Shown piece after piece: positions 33,263 through 46,952 of a stretch of 64,000 nucleotides of DNA. The notes beneath the pieces were generated by a model that worked only from the letters and a program-made list of their open reading frames with translations, ran no database searches and had not been told where the DNA came from. The stretch lies in the NCBI RefSeq assembly GCF_018977255.1, contig NW_024704743.1:99326001-99390000 (forward strand), given 5' to 3'. The translations under genes were made by a program, and so were the position numbers. Source of the stretch: Callorhinchus milii. Lineage: Eukaryota. Within the stretch, counting starts at the first letter, position 1. Every line of letters starts with the position of its first letter.

Positions 33263-36200
33263 ACGCTGCCCAGAACTCCAGATCGGTTTCCTGGTTCATG
33301 TGACTTGAATCCAGACTTGGAATTGACATCACCGAACAGTGTGAATATGCTCACGATTAAAATAGTATGATTCCCCCCTCCCCCCACTCCCCCCCTCCCC
33401 CACCCCATGGTCTTTAGATTCTGATGTACGTTTCATTTGTTAGGAATTTCGGATTCTGAGCAAATATGTACACGGAGCCCAAGCAGAGCAGTTAATGATT
33501 AATGCAGAGGCTCAGATGTTTGACAGAGGTGGGTGGGATTTGCGGGGCAGTCACTGGGGGGGGGGGGGGGGGGGGGGGGTGTGTGTGTGTGTAGCTTTTA
33601 GCCCTCACCTCCCCTTTAGTTCTGTAATCCACAACACAATAAACAAAGCACATGTGGAGGCACCGGATTTCACAGACAGCCTCACAATTCCCTCCTCTCA
33701 CCGCCCCACAAAGACATTAAACAAAACAGTCCCAACAAAAAATGTTTGAGGAGTATAATGTTCAAATGTTAAAAAGACATTTTGATGTAATACACCCGTA
33801 ATAAACATACTTTCTCAGGTAAACGACAATGAAATTCGTTTTAAAATAGTTATTTCCATGAATATGATCTGATATAAATACATATAATCTCAACCGTAGC
33901 CTCGTGGAACAGGATTTTTTTAAACAAATCCAATTTTAAATAGCCTCCAATCTAATGAATATAGTTTGTTGTACACTAATTTATTTGGGGCTATAGCTAC
34001 TGAAAGTTTATTTCTGTGAGGTTTACAGGAAACGTTCAGAATTGGCATTCACACAGTTCTCAATTTACAAGTCGTGTGCAGGTGAAAATACGACATTATG
34101 TTAATTATCTAAAATGAATCCATGGAAAAATAAAGCGGTCCTAAATTTGCTTTAAATAATTTCCAAAATGAGATAAAAAATTTCCTTTATACAGTTCAGT
34201 TTCTGGCCAGTTTGGCTTTACCTTTTCCAGTGGTTGTCGCAGTCCAACTGCAATCCGGTACAGAATAATTCCAGCTGCTACAGAGAGTCTTGCTAATTCA
34301 GGATCCAATAAAAAGCCTTTTATTTCCTCCAAAAAAAGTTACAAGGGATTATCATCGATTTAGTATTATTTCAATATGTAGTTACGATGAAATACGTTTT
34401 ATCCGAATGGCGAGTTTTGATGTCAATATGACGGGAATCTGCTCTGTCTGAGTTATTGTGTTTACCAGAGTGAAGGAAGTGATTTAACACAATTGCAGAT
34501 GTTGCAACGAAACTCTTACCATCTAAATTCAGTAACTCGTCTGTGTTAATCCCTGAGTTATACGGTGGAGACTCACCGCTTAAACAGAATTATTCAAGGG
34601 TATGATTAGAAAGATCTTGGGAGAGAATCTCTAAACATCTTGGAGATGAACACATTCTTTTAAACTTTTAGTTTGGAAAGAGAGAGACTCGGAAAGTACA
34701 ACTCATCACTGCAGTATTCAGTGAAATCACTTCCAGCAGTTGTAGAACCTGTTAGATTTCTTTATAGCTCAGAAGAAGGCCATTCGGACTTGTGTGTGTG
34801 TTGACTCCTTTAAAGAGGAATCATTTCAGTCCCACAAGGGCTGAATTTATTCTTTCTTAATGTATTCTTCCTGCTCTGCTTCATGTCACACCCGTGGAGG
34901 CGTTCAGCACAGCGTGGCTTGATTTTTGAAGCAGATTTTTCGTTTTTATTTAAATATTATTAAAGAACCGGTTCCAATAGCAACTCCTAATAACATTACA
35001 AAATACTCACGGGAGGGTCTTAGCAGTCTTCGGGGACCACAGGGAGTGAAGACAGCAGTGATTCATTCAAGCTCTCCCCTCCCGTCATGGTTGATTGATA
35101 GTGGGCGAATAAAACTGCTCCTAAAATCATCTCCTCCAACTTGTGTCAGGACAGCTCCAGTTCGGATTGCTGAGCTCTGATGTACAGCACAAAGTATATT
35201 TCACGGCAAATACTCGCTAAAACCACCAATGGTACGAAGGAGACGTTCAATAGTTTTAAAGCCAATCGAGGTCGCAGACCTTTTTGAAATCATCACCTTT
35301 AATTCGTGTAAATTCTTAACTTTTTAAGAAATAGAGTTTGGGAAAGTTCAACATTGATGTTTATCGCAAATTAGAGAGGATATCAGAATACGCCTGGTTT
35401 GGACAGCCTTTACGTGCTTATAACTTGTTTCACGTTAAACACATCTTGTTTTTCTTTGAAAATGTGCTGAGGTAATAGTTGTCAGGGATCGTCTTCGGGT
35501 TTGTAATGCAAAAAGTACATCACATGCTGCATTTTTCATCTTATCACATGATGAAATCTTATCATTTGGTCAGTTGTCTTTCTAATATCTACTCTTTCAG
35601 ACAAGGTGTTAACACTACCAGAGATTGCTGTTTCTGTACTGTATAGTCCCAACCAGGTATTATCAAAATATAAATTGTCATAATCCTGACAAGCAGTCAC
35701 AGAGTGCATTGTGTGAATGATTTTATCATTCACTGACAATCTTGTTACTTGTGATTTTTGACCAAACATTATTATTATTACATGAACCACACGTAAGATA
35801 GCTAAAAGTCAAATCTCTCCCAAATGTATGGGGTCGCCCTTTCTATATCTAGGTTCTCCATATTCAACTGCTAATAGGCGAGGTGTAGATACATGGTATT
35901 CAAAAATATCTAAACAATTCCCATCCTTGAACCATACACTTTTACTGACTAACTTGAGTAATACTTGTTTTCTCTTTTGAACGGTGAATTATTAAATGTG
36001 ACTGTGCGATGGAGCTGAAATATCGTACCTTCAATTACAATACTGAAAACAGGTTTTAATGTAAATAACCATCGATAGTATTTGTTTTAAATTCAATCCC
36101 TCACTCTCTCCAGCTCAATAACTCCTTCAATCGAGTTCTCTCGTGGAGAATTCATTGGAATTCAGTTTCCGCAACAAATATGTTCCAAGTCAATAGAAAC

Positions 36201-37524
36201 AGGTAAAGTTTAAAACAAAAAAAGTTAAGCATAGGAAGTTTTAACGATGTGGTTGATGTTATGTCTTGACTATACAACTTAATGTTACAATTTTGAATTA
36301 TAATTATTGGATAAAGTTATGGTTGATTGCCAAGCTACAATTTTTAATTTTTTTTTGTCTGATAATACAAATATTGATAACCCGGGTAACTTGGGCAAAT
36401 GAAAATAACTTGGAATAAACGCCAGGGCTAAATGTTCAGGGCAGTTTGGAAGTCCCATCACCCGCAGCTGTAGTTAAACACTTCGTTGGTATAAGCAAAG
36501 GAATGTAATATGAAATGTTGGACTGCCGATCAGTGTGGAGTTTTGCGGAAACACAGCTAAAGCATTAGTGTTAAGATCATTAAAGTGGTCGATCTCATCC
36601 GTGCACAGTGTATCAGTGCCAATGTTGGTGGTTGGCAATATTTTGTTGTGGAGTGAATTATAAGTGTTTGTTTTGGTATCTCCAATAATTGGCAGAATGT
36701 TGTATTAATTTGTTTCATCCGTAATAGGTACGTTAGCTGATATTAGGTACTAATGCCTTTCTCTTCTGAGTGACCGAACAACTCATTGACCCTTAAATAT
36801 TACTGTCTCCGAGTGTTAAAATAGTTTTACCATACCCAGTCTTTGAGATTTTATCCCAAATCCAAATAACTTTACATTGATATACAATTTAAAATTTGAT
36901 GGGATGACAGTAATATATACCAATAAATAGTGGATGCTTTATCTGCTGGCTCAGAGGGTTCTGGACTCCAGGTAGTGAATGATAGATAATAGAAGAGTCG
37001 ACCAAAATGTCATGCCCCTTAGTACTCAATTTCCAAGATAAGAAACAAATTCATTTGTACTGTGGTTTGTAACAATGCATTGCTTTGAAGTGAACCTTGT
37101 TAACTGCAGCATATTACTTTCTAGTTGGATATTTTGGGTTACTTTATAGAATAGAATTGATAGCATTGATGATCTGATCCAAAATAAGCTGTTAAATAAG
37201 GTGTGCTGGGCTATAATAAATTATCTCGCTCATTCTGTGGGGGTAACTATTGTAATTATTAGTTCTGCTCACCTCAGTTTGAGACTGATGCCCCATAAAT
37301 GATGCTGAAATTGTAATGCTATCGACCTTTTTGAATACTAAATGACTTGATTCAAACAAAGGCACTTCGACTCCAAACTGTCGAAGATTCAACTCAGATG
37401 CTGGTCCGAGACCAAAGTAACCTAGAAGCTGGATGTTCAATAACCATAAACAGCTGTCTATAGGACTAATGTCAAACATTGTGTGCCTAAAATACACCTG
37501 GCAGCTCCTGTTTCTCTTCTCACA

Positions 37525-37830
37525 TACAATAACAACAAAATTACATTTATAGGGCACCTTTCATGTCAGGAGGACATCCCAAGGTACTGGATAGTCAGGG
37601 GTCAGGACTCGAGCATGGGGGAGGGGTGGATAGGGGCGAGGGAAGGCAGAGACATGGGAGGGCGACCAAAGGCACAATTTAAGAGGAGAGTCTTGAGACC
37701 GGCCTTGAAGGATGCAAGGGAGGAAGCGAGGCAAAAGGACTGTGGGATAGAGTTCCAAAGTGTGGGGGCAGAGAGGCTGAAAAACCCGGCCACCAGTAGT
37801 AGGGCGGGTCAGGCGGAAGATGTGGAACAG
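37525..37830 (-). mobile_element. L2 LINE 3' end
   Basis: APTLWNSIPQ...SFKAGLKTLL plus tail matching the 49.2 kb copy. Other small L2 pieces lie at about 12035-12175, 19490-19800, 21610-21970, 22650-22810, 51780-52070 and 53670-54170. Confidence 0.85.
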
Positions 37831-38746
37831 GCTTCATCCATGTATGATGGATTTTCCTCTCTTGTCATGGCTGCTGCATGCAACTTGGCTGAAGAAAAGT
37901 GAGTTTAAGGGGAAGAAAATTAAAAAAAGAGCTTGTGAGCATCATGTGCGCACTTGCATCTCTACTTATAGTGCAGTTATTGAGGTAAGTCGGGAGATAA
38001 AGACTGCAAAGTGGTTGCAAGAGGCAGAGGCAAGGAACAAAGATGATAAGCCATCTTCCTTTTGTTCCACACTGGAAGTTGGCATAGAATAAATGGAGCC
38101 AATAGATACAGCAGTAGAATATTGGGTTAAAAGTGATTTTTTCCCAATATCTGATATTTTTCAATTCTAATAGCAGAGTTAAAGAGATAAGTTATGATGT
38201 ACCATCATTGTGGACTGAACTTCCACAGCAAACTAGCTTTGTGGGACACTGCTGTGTGCATTGGGTGCCGTGTTTCGCCCACAAAATATACAGTCAATTC
38301 ACTTTACAGTATTTTCTGTGAAGTGCTTTGAGATGACTCGAAGACTTGATAAGGTGCCATATCAAATACAAGGATTTTTATTATAATCATTAGAAATACC
38401 ACACTGTGTTCAGGTTCAGTGATTCCACAGCTTGGCTGTTGGCAATACAAAGTGAGGAAGCTGGGGATAGCTATTCCACATCATTGTCTCCATGCATCTT
38501 AGTACAGATACTTATATTCATTGAATTACTGCTTTATACTGGGACAGGGAGCAGGTGATCAAGGAGTATTCTAGATACATCCTGAATCAGTCTCATCAAG
38601 TTTACTTAAATTGCGGTCATCTTAATGGCTGCAGTCAAACTCAGGGTTTTCACCACTAGCCTGTATGCTCCTGCAGTGATGCAAGAGCGTTTATGTACTG
38701 ATTTCAATATGTCACTTTATTGACAATTCAACTGATGGTCAAGGCA

Positions 38747-38832
38747 GACCAGCTGATTGCCAGTAACCACATCGACTGACTGCCAGTAACCACACCAGCT
38801 GACTGCCAATAACCAGACCAGCTGATTGCCAG
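38747..38832. repeat. 23-bp tandem repeat, about 3.7 copies (ACCAGCTGA[T/C]TGCCAGTAACCAC)
   Basis: Read directly; imperfect copies. Confidence 0.9.
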
Positions 38833-40419
38833 TTCATCACCATAGCAGTTTTAGTGGCACTTGGAAGCGGGTTATGAAGGAATATTCACCAGTTTTCAAT
38901 TCAGTATAACTGAGATGTCAAAGTGGTTTGATAACATGGAAGTAATTAAAATATAGAACATAGGGAATACATGTTCGGTGCTTGTTTCCAGGCTAAATGC
39001 ACTTAAGAGGTTTAACAGAATATCTATTTGTGAAAGCAAAGCTGGGAGTTACTTGCAAAGAAACTCAAAGCTCAAGAGTGTGCCAGAGCTCCAAACGCAT
39101 TGCCAGATATCATGTGATCTGGACAATAGTTGCAGTTTTGTTTTCATTTAACATTTTCTGTCGTTAGGTTTTGAATATTGGAATTCCTATTTTCTATCAC
39201 AGCTGCAAGCACCAGTCAGTCATATCTGGAATAACATGTATTACAGTGTGCATAACAGGAATGAGGTGGTGTTTTGCAACATCATGATAGTGGGCCCGAG
39301 TTCCAATGAGGTCAACTGTAAAGCAAGAGAAAATTTTACTGAGAAACTATACACATTGATTTTCAAAAGTTTAAAGTCCTTGTATATTTTTGTGGAGAAT
39401 AATGGATGTTTATGAGTGTATTACAAAAATGTAACAATCAAGCAGTCCAGATGACTTTATAAATGCATGTAATAGTGTGTATATGCATCAGAACAAAGAG
39501 GCAGTGCAGTACATTTGGGCCTGGATGGTCCTAGCAACTGAGTCAGATTTCATGTACTGTAATGATCTGATATTGTGATTTGTTTGCATTGTGCAACATG
39601 ACAAGGTTCAGAGGATGTTAGACCTTCATGGTAGCAGTGCCATATGGTATGAAGAGAATGCTTCACTGTATATAGCATCTGTTTTCATTAAATATATATA
39701 TTAGCTTTTGTATTGTATGCTGAGAATAATGGCAGTCCAAAGTAAGCTACAAGGCTGTAACAAAATTAAGGGGCAGATGAGGTAATAAATTACTGGAGCT
39801 GTATCTATTGCACTGCACAGTGATGAATAGAGCTGAAAAGAACATAATTAACAGTAGCAGAGCTGATGTGTTTACAGAGCACTAAAAAACAAAAATATAG
39901 CATACGCAGTTGGTATCTGTAGCTCCAACCATGAGGTTGTGCTGTGGTCTTCAAATAGTTGTGGTTGGTTGTTATTACCAACTACGTAAACTATACTTTT
40001 ATGTTTTTTAATGCTCTTTAAACACATCAGCTCTGTTACTGTTTAATTATTTGTTGGGGAAGGAGTAAGATCCTAGTCCTCTAAAAACCCTTAAAAAGTT
40101 TGTTTTGGTGTAATTCCTGAATTGCCATAAATAAGTTGATGCTGTAAATTATTTTACAGAAAGCAAATATAATCTTTTATGTAGTATTGTTTGACTGATG
40201 CTATGTGTTTAGAAATTAATATTAAATATACATTGTGGAAGAAACTAGTTAGTAATCTAAAAATGGCTTCAACAGTTGTACAATGCTTCCTGGGTACAAG
40301 AGACAACCCTGTGATCAAACCCTGTAGAGCAGAGGAATCTGACTAAGTATGTGTTTATTGTGGTTTCAATCTTCATTTATATGCACAGGGCGTTGTTGGT
40401 GTTAGCAGTGAATCAAAGC

Positions 40420-40875
40420 AGAGCAATGGTACTAACCATTGATAGCAACCGTTGTAACAAAAAGTGTTGGTAAACATTGATGTAGTAACCACTGTAGTAA
40501 TAAGTGGAAGTAATCATTAGTAGTGACCACTGTAAGAATTCACATTAGTAACCATTGTAATAAGCAGTGCTAGTAGCAAATAATGGTAACTACCGTAATA
40601 ATCAGTATCAGTAAAAATTGATAGTAACCACTATAAAATCTAATGTTCGTAACAGCTATAGTAATCAATGTTGGTAACTGTTGAGATATACAATTGCAGT
40701 AATAAATAGTAGATACCACTGCTAGTAATTGTTCTAGTAATCCAAGGTAGTAATCACTGATTTTACCAACTTGTAGTAACTACTGTTGTAACCTGAGTTA
40801 GTCATGTTTGGTGTAACCACATATAGTAACCAATGGCAGTAACTATTGTAGCAATTGATGCCAATAACCATTGTT
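40420..40875. repeat. Decayed minisatellite of about 12 bp (TAGTAACCACTG-like)
   Basis: Many gtaacca/tagtaa variants at roughly regular spacing. Confidence 0.8.
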
Positions 40876-42368
40876 GGCAGGGATCATGTTCTTCACCATA
40901 AATTAGGATTAAGAATAATAAATGTAGTGATGTCTAAAATGCACTGAATAATTGAGTTCTCTTCATACTGTTACTGTCTAGACATCTTGGAACATGATTG
41001 TATCTTCTACATGGTGACGCATACTATTATTTCCTACTTCATTATGGTCTATCTTACCCTTTCATTTATGTTGTGCCACTTCTATATTCACATAACTGTA
41101 AGATACGTTAAAGCCAAATATTACTTAAAACCAAGTGAATGATTCAGATGCATTTTGAAGAATATCAAATGCAGAAACTGAGTTTAAGGTGTAAATAAAT
41201 GTTTTAGGTCTGCTGATGTTTACACGTCATTTCAGCTTCACTATTACAGTTTTAACTTCATCACAAGAAACTTGATTCAATTGATTCTTTGTTACTGATT
41301 GGTAGTCATGTATGTATCTTCAGAAGGAAGTTTATCAAAGACTATAGGGAGCAAACAGGCAAATGGAATTGGATTAGGCAGTTCATATTGAGAAAAAATA
41401 CTGAGGAAGACATGATGGGTCAAATTACCTGTTTCTGTGGTGTGATCTTCTACGATTCTATAAATCATAATAGTAGTGATTTGTATGAAATAGATATTAT
41501 ACTACACACACTATGAAGAGAATATTGAAGAGTTCAGAATTATATTTTATGTTTGATTCTGACCATAACTCACTTGCAACTTTCTAATTTTTATCATCTT
41601 GACACTCTTAACTAATCGGTTCAGCCCCTTGGTAGGATATAAATTCTATTCTGTATGTCTTAATAATATATTGGAGATAGAGTTTCTTACTCATTGTTGT
41701 GCCTCATCATATTATATTCAGCCACTTTTACAATCTTGTTTAAACAATGTAGACCTTAAAAGAAGTGAATATATTTTTTAAAAAACTGACATTAAGTTAT
41801 ATCACATGCTGTAATACAGTGTAATCTGTGAACCAGAATTCATTAATGGGAATAACAATATTGCGATTAGGGATGGAAGTCTGATTGAATACCAAGACTT
41901 TCTACAAGGAAATATTGTTGTAATATACAATGACCAAGTTATTTTTGCTGTAACTCCACAGAGATTACAGCTCTTAACTTGCTGTGTTTATTTTGCTGTT
42001 GCTAATATCTCAATAAAAGTTTGCCCGCAAAACCAATCAAAATCACTTTGCCGTATATTCTGTGAACTGCTTTGATACGTCTTGATGATGTGATAAGGCA
42101 CTATATCAAATGCAAGGATTATTATTATTAAATTGCTGCCAATACATGCAGCGTAAATAGAGGCTCAGATCATGAATTACATTGGAGTTGCACTCTTGAC
42201 ACCAGCTGAAGGAAATGACCTCTGGAGCCATTCATATAATTTAAAATCAACTTATGCATTTAACCATCTGTTCAAAACTCCTGAGCCATCACTCAAGTGA
42301 TGGCTTGGGAATTTTGAACAGAACATTTGAACATTATTAAGGAGTGAATTACACAACCTGCTGTATTA

Positions 42369-42780
42369 TAATAATAATCCTTGTATTTGATATAGTGCAT
42401 TTCACATCAGCAAGATATAGTGTTTCAAAATACTTCACATGATTTACTCTAAAGTGTAGTCACTGTGCAAACGCACAGCCAAATTGCGCACAACCTTGTC
42501 TCACAAAGAGCCATGAAGTGAATGACCAATTTTATCCACGGGATTGTTCACCAGGACAGTATGTGAATTTCTCTTCTTTTCAAATTGTGCATAGGCTCTT
42601 TAACATCCAGCTGAACAAGCAGACAGGGGTTGGTTAATGTATAATTTGAAGGATGGCATCAGCACCCTCAGAACTGCATTGGAGTGCCATCTTGTATGAG
42701 TTCAAAGTCCACACGTGGAACTTCAGCCCACAACGTTCTGACTCAGTGGTGAGAGTGTTACCAACTGAGCCAGGCTGACA
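42369..42780 (-). mobile_element. Deu-domain-like SINE (SacSINE1-type)
   Basis: Minus strand tgtcagcctggctcagttggtaacactct...gagtcagaa head, central ggatgttaaagagcctatgcac...tgtcctggtgaacaat block, L2-like tail. Family assignment is from memory of the consensus. Confidence 0.65.
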
Positions 42781-45751
42781 TGTGTTAATGTCAAAAAACA
42801 AACACCTGATGTTAGTACTGAGGTGCACATTTGCAGAATACAAAAAATGGGGCTTGATTGCAAGATTGTTCTTGCTTTATTCCTCAGGTAGAATTGCTCC
42901 CTGAAGTTTTTTTTAAAAAAAGATTCATTTTCACGTATATTTGATATTGTTCCATTTGTCTTATCCATAATAAAGTGGATTGCACCTAGTGTGAATAGTT
43001 TGAAATTGAAACAGGATTTGAGAGGATTATAAGAGCCAAAATGAAGTGAATTTAAACTGTATTGTCATGAGATAATAAAATCGTTTAAAAAAAATTAAAA
43101 CATGGGAGCTAGTCTATCTATATTTATAGGGTAAATGGACAACAGTGATAGAAACAGAGAAAGAAACATTCACTTGCTGTCCCAGTATTGAATATTCCTG
43201 GGTCCAGTGTAATTCAGGTCAACAGGAATGCTAGGAATTTGTCTTAACTACTCACATCAAGCTAAATATCAGATGACCAAATCTTGCTTATTTCTTGGGA
43301 GCTTAGTGTCTCAGATGAAAACTTTGCCTAAAGAACATTGTTAATCTATGGAGCTGGTGGGAGTCCGGTGTTTAAGCAGGTGGAATTTCAGAAGAAAGCT
43401 GGCACTTTATTGACACTATAGACTAAGCACCTTAATGATGTATATTGTAAATAGTGTCATGAAATATTTTTTCACTAGATTGCCATTATCATTGTTTTTA
43501 CTTGGTAATGGGTAGAAGTGTAAATGTTGTACTGAAATATATATATTGATAGATTTATGGTAAACAATTGGAATTGTCCAATTCCTTCTATTGAGTCCAT
43601 CATAGTACTTTATTCTTAATCTGTCATAAGCATGAAAAAAAATCAATCGGATGCCTAAAGATCTTGCATAGTGCAACGTGCTTATGGCCAGGTTAAAGTG
43701 TGATGTTAAATAGATTGTTAGTCCAGGTGCAATGGATTATATATGGTCTGCGTGAGGAACATATTTTATTTGTTCTATAACTTTATGTTCTTTGTCCATT
43801 TAGCCCTTGATGTGCACAAAGGATTGTTTGTGCTGCACTTTACTGTGGCTCACTTATTTTAGACTTTTAGTAACATCCAGCAGGATGAAATCAATGTTAG
43901 ACACATCTAGATTCAAAGGAAATGAAGGCAGATTTATTGGGCTGTATGCCAAATAAAAGTAATTTGCATGCTTCGTGCTCACGCATGCATATCTAATGAG
44001 AGTCAAAGCATGGCATTGCCTGGAGGAGTTTTTCTACGAGGTGTCAAATAGTGAATTTAATACAATATGTTGCATCTCACAAACAATCCATGAATTGGTT
44101 CACGCTAGAAAAAGGAAAGAAATATTATGAATCCAATTCTCCTCTCCTCCTTCATTCCTGGGATGCAAATTGAAGTAGCCATATTTATGTTTGATAGAAT
44201 GAGTGATCTATGTCAGCAGTCTCCTGATCACATTGTATCAACATTTTAATTCTGTTCATTCAACAAGTTCCAAAGTTGTTAAGATAATATCCCACAATAA
44301 CTGATATGTATAGCCCACCACATGAACATTTCCTCAGTTAACATATTTAATACACAAGGATATACTTCAGATCCAATCAGATGTCTGGTATATATAATGT
44401 CCCTCAAAATGGGTATTTTTGTGTTATTGTTGCATTATTTGTTGTTTGAAATTTCTGTGTGCCAACATTAAAAATGCTTTATCTTCAATTCATTTATAAA
44501 CAGTTATTTACAACAACAACAAATTACATTTGTATTGCGCCTTTCACGTCGGGAGGACGTCTCAAGGCGCTGGACAGTAAGGGATTTGGATTCAAATCGG
44601 GGGGAGGGGGGTGGAGGGCAGGGAGGGTAGGGGTAGGAGGAGGGTGGGAACGGTGCCAGTGGACAAGGAGTGGTTGATGATGTCTATGAGTAGAGGGGCG
44701 AGGAGGTGGAGCTGGGAGGTAAGGAGAGGTGTAAGAATGGGGTCGATGGAGCAGGTGGTGGATTTCATATGGGTGATGCTTTTGCTAATCAGCTTTACAT
44801 TCAGTATCTTTTTTTCCTAAAAGGGATTTGTAACAAAAAACATTTTATTTTTAAAGAATTGTCTTATGTTTTCCAAGTTGCAGTACTTAATGGAACTATT
44901 TAACATTCCAAAGGCAATGCCTGTCAGTTTAATCCAAGAAACATCTAATCATTTGTCAGAAAATTGGGATTACACTACATACGAATAATCAATAGTTTTC
45001 TTGGAATAAAATGTTAAAGACCTCCAACCATTCTTGTATGAGCAAGAGAATTAGAAAGCTGAACACAAATTAATAAGAACCTACTGGGTGTGACCGACTG
45101 AGAAAATATTTGTTATGTTATGTGGATCGTAGGGAATCAAGTACAAAACAGCAATCTAATGCATATGATGCTGGAAAACCAGAATGAGTTCCGAAGGTTA
45201 TTCTCAATCTGTAAACTAAATGAATGCACAATTGGCTGCCACGTTATGCTCACAAAATACAGTCAATTCACTTTACAATATATTCCGTGAAGCGCTTTGA
45301 GATATCTCAATGGCATGATCAGGCATTATATCAAATGCAAGGATTATTATTATATTCAGTTTCTAAAATTAGATTTCCATCTAACCACTGGTTATTTTTA
45401 TCTATTGCTTTATAGCACAGATCTATAACATTGTCACTACCCAGATATGAACAAATATGAGCGCACCGATATTCACTCAACTAATTCTATTCGTCATATC
45501 TGAGCTTTGCAGGCATACAAAACACATTGCTTTCAAAGTTAGGAAGGTATACTTGCTGATGCCCTTCATGTGTGTGGCCAGTGTAGAATTGGGCAATAAT
45601 ACAGAAGTTGTGTACTATTGGCAGGAGTGCTCAACGCTTCAATTGCCAATAACTAACGACTCTTAACTGACTTATTGGTCAATCTGTTTAAAACGTCATT
45701 CTTTTTAGCTGAGACATTGTTTTTAGTCTTTCATGTGTACACATGTGTACA

Positions 45752-46063
45752 GGAGTCCTGTAGCTCAGTGGTTAGAGCACTCGCCTTGCAAACAAGAGAC
45801 CTGGGTTCGATTCCCAGCAGGGTGAAACCTTGGGCAAGTTTCCTTACTCCACACGCCTGATAATAATCCCTCAAGAAAAAAAAACAATAATAACATTGGT
45901 CACTTCCATCCACGACTGTTTGTAGGACACTGATGTGCTCAATTGGCTGCCGCATTTTGCCCACAAGTATACAGTCAATTCGCTTTACAATATATTCTGT
46001 GAAGCACTTTGAGATGTCTAGAAGACGTGAAAAGTGCTATATCAAATGCAAGGATTATTATTA
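45752..46063 (+). mobile_element. tRNA-derived SINE, full length
   Basis: GGAGTCCTGTAGCTCAGTGGTTAGAGC head, (ATT)n tail. Confidence 0.9.
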
Positions 46064-46231
46064 TATATTATACCTCAATTGAAAAACAGACAGCTGAAAG
46101 TAGTCCAAAACAACAGGAGGGTGTTAGAATGTCTTTGAGGGCATATGGTACATTGACACAGGATACCTCCTAACATGGGTTACATTTCACTCATTCACTG
46201 ATTGCATCAAATAACACTGTTTTCTAGTAGG

Positions 46232-46952
46232 ATGCAACTCCACCTTACTAAGCCAGTCCAGAACCTTGACATCTTGTTTAACCCTCAACTATCCTTTCTA
46301 CCCCACATCTGTGCTACGACCCACTCTGCCTTCCCCCACCTCTGCAACATCGCTCGGCTCTGCACTGCAGGCCACCGAGATTCTCATACATGCATTCATA
46401 ACATCCAGGCTTGAATACGCACACTCATTGCTTGTCGGCCTCCCCAACTCCTCTCTCCATAGGCTGCAGATCATCCAGAACTCTGCAGCCCGTGTCCTCT
46501 CCCACACCAGGCTCTGTGACCCTACCACCCCCATCCTCGCCCGACTCCACTGGCTTCCCATCACACAGAGGATACAGTTCAAGATCTTGGTCCTCACCTT
46601 AAAGTCCTCAATGGCCTTGCTTCTCCCTACCTCTGTGACCACCATTGGCAGGTGGGGCTTCTGCTCCTCTGCCTCCACCCTCTGGAACTCCATCCTGCAG
46701 CCCCTCCCCCTCGCCCCCTCCCTTGCTTCCTTCAAAACCCATCTCAAGACCCTTCTGTTCGACCGTGCATTCAGTCACCCTCCTTCCCCCACTGCCCTCC
46801 ACCTATAAGAACATAAAAAATGCTCAACAAAAAAGACCAAGGTCCAGTTTGCCTCCACTTTCCTGGAGGTCATGCGACATTGATTGTCCAGCGCCTTGGG
46901 ACCTCCTCCCGATGTGAAAGGTTCTATACAAACGTAATTTTGTTGTTGTTGT
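46232..46952 (+). mobile_element. L2 LINE 3' fragment
   Basis: ILIHAFITSRLEY...LQIIQNSAARVL...LARLHWLPITQRIQFKIL; (TTG)n tail. Confidence 0.9.

Noticed and set aside
39931..39965. let-7-like TGAGGTTG...ATAGTT
   Set aside because: Seed differs from TGAGGTAG and the spacing and hairpin position do not fit.
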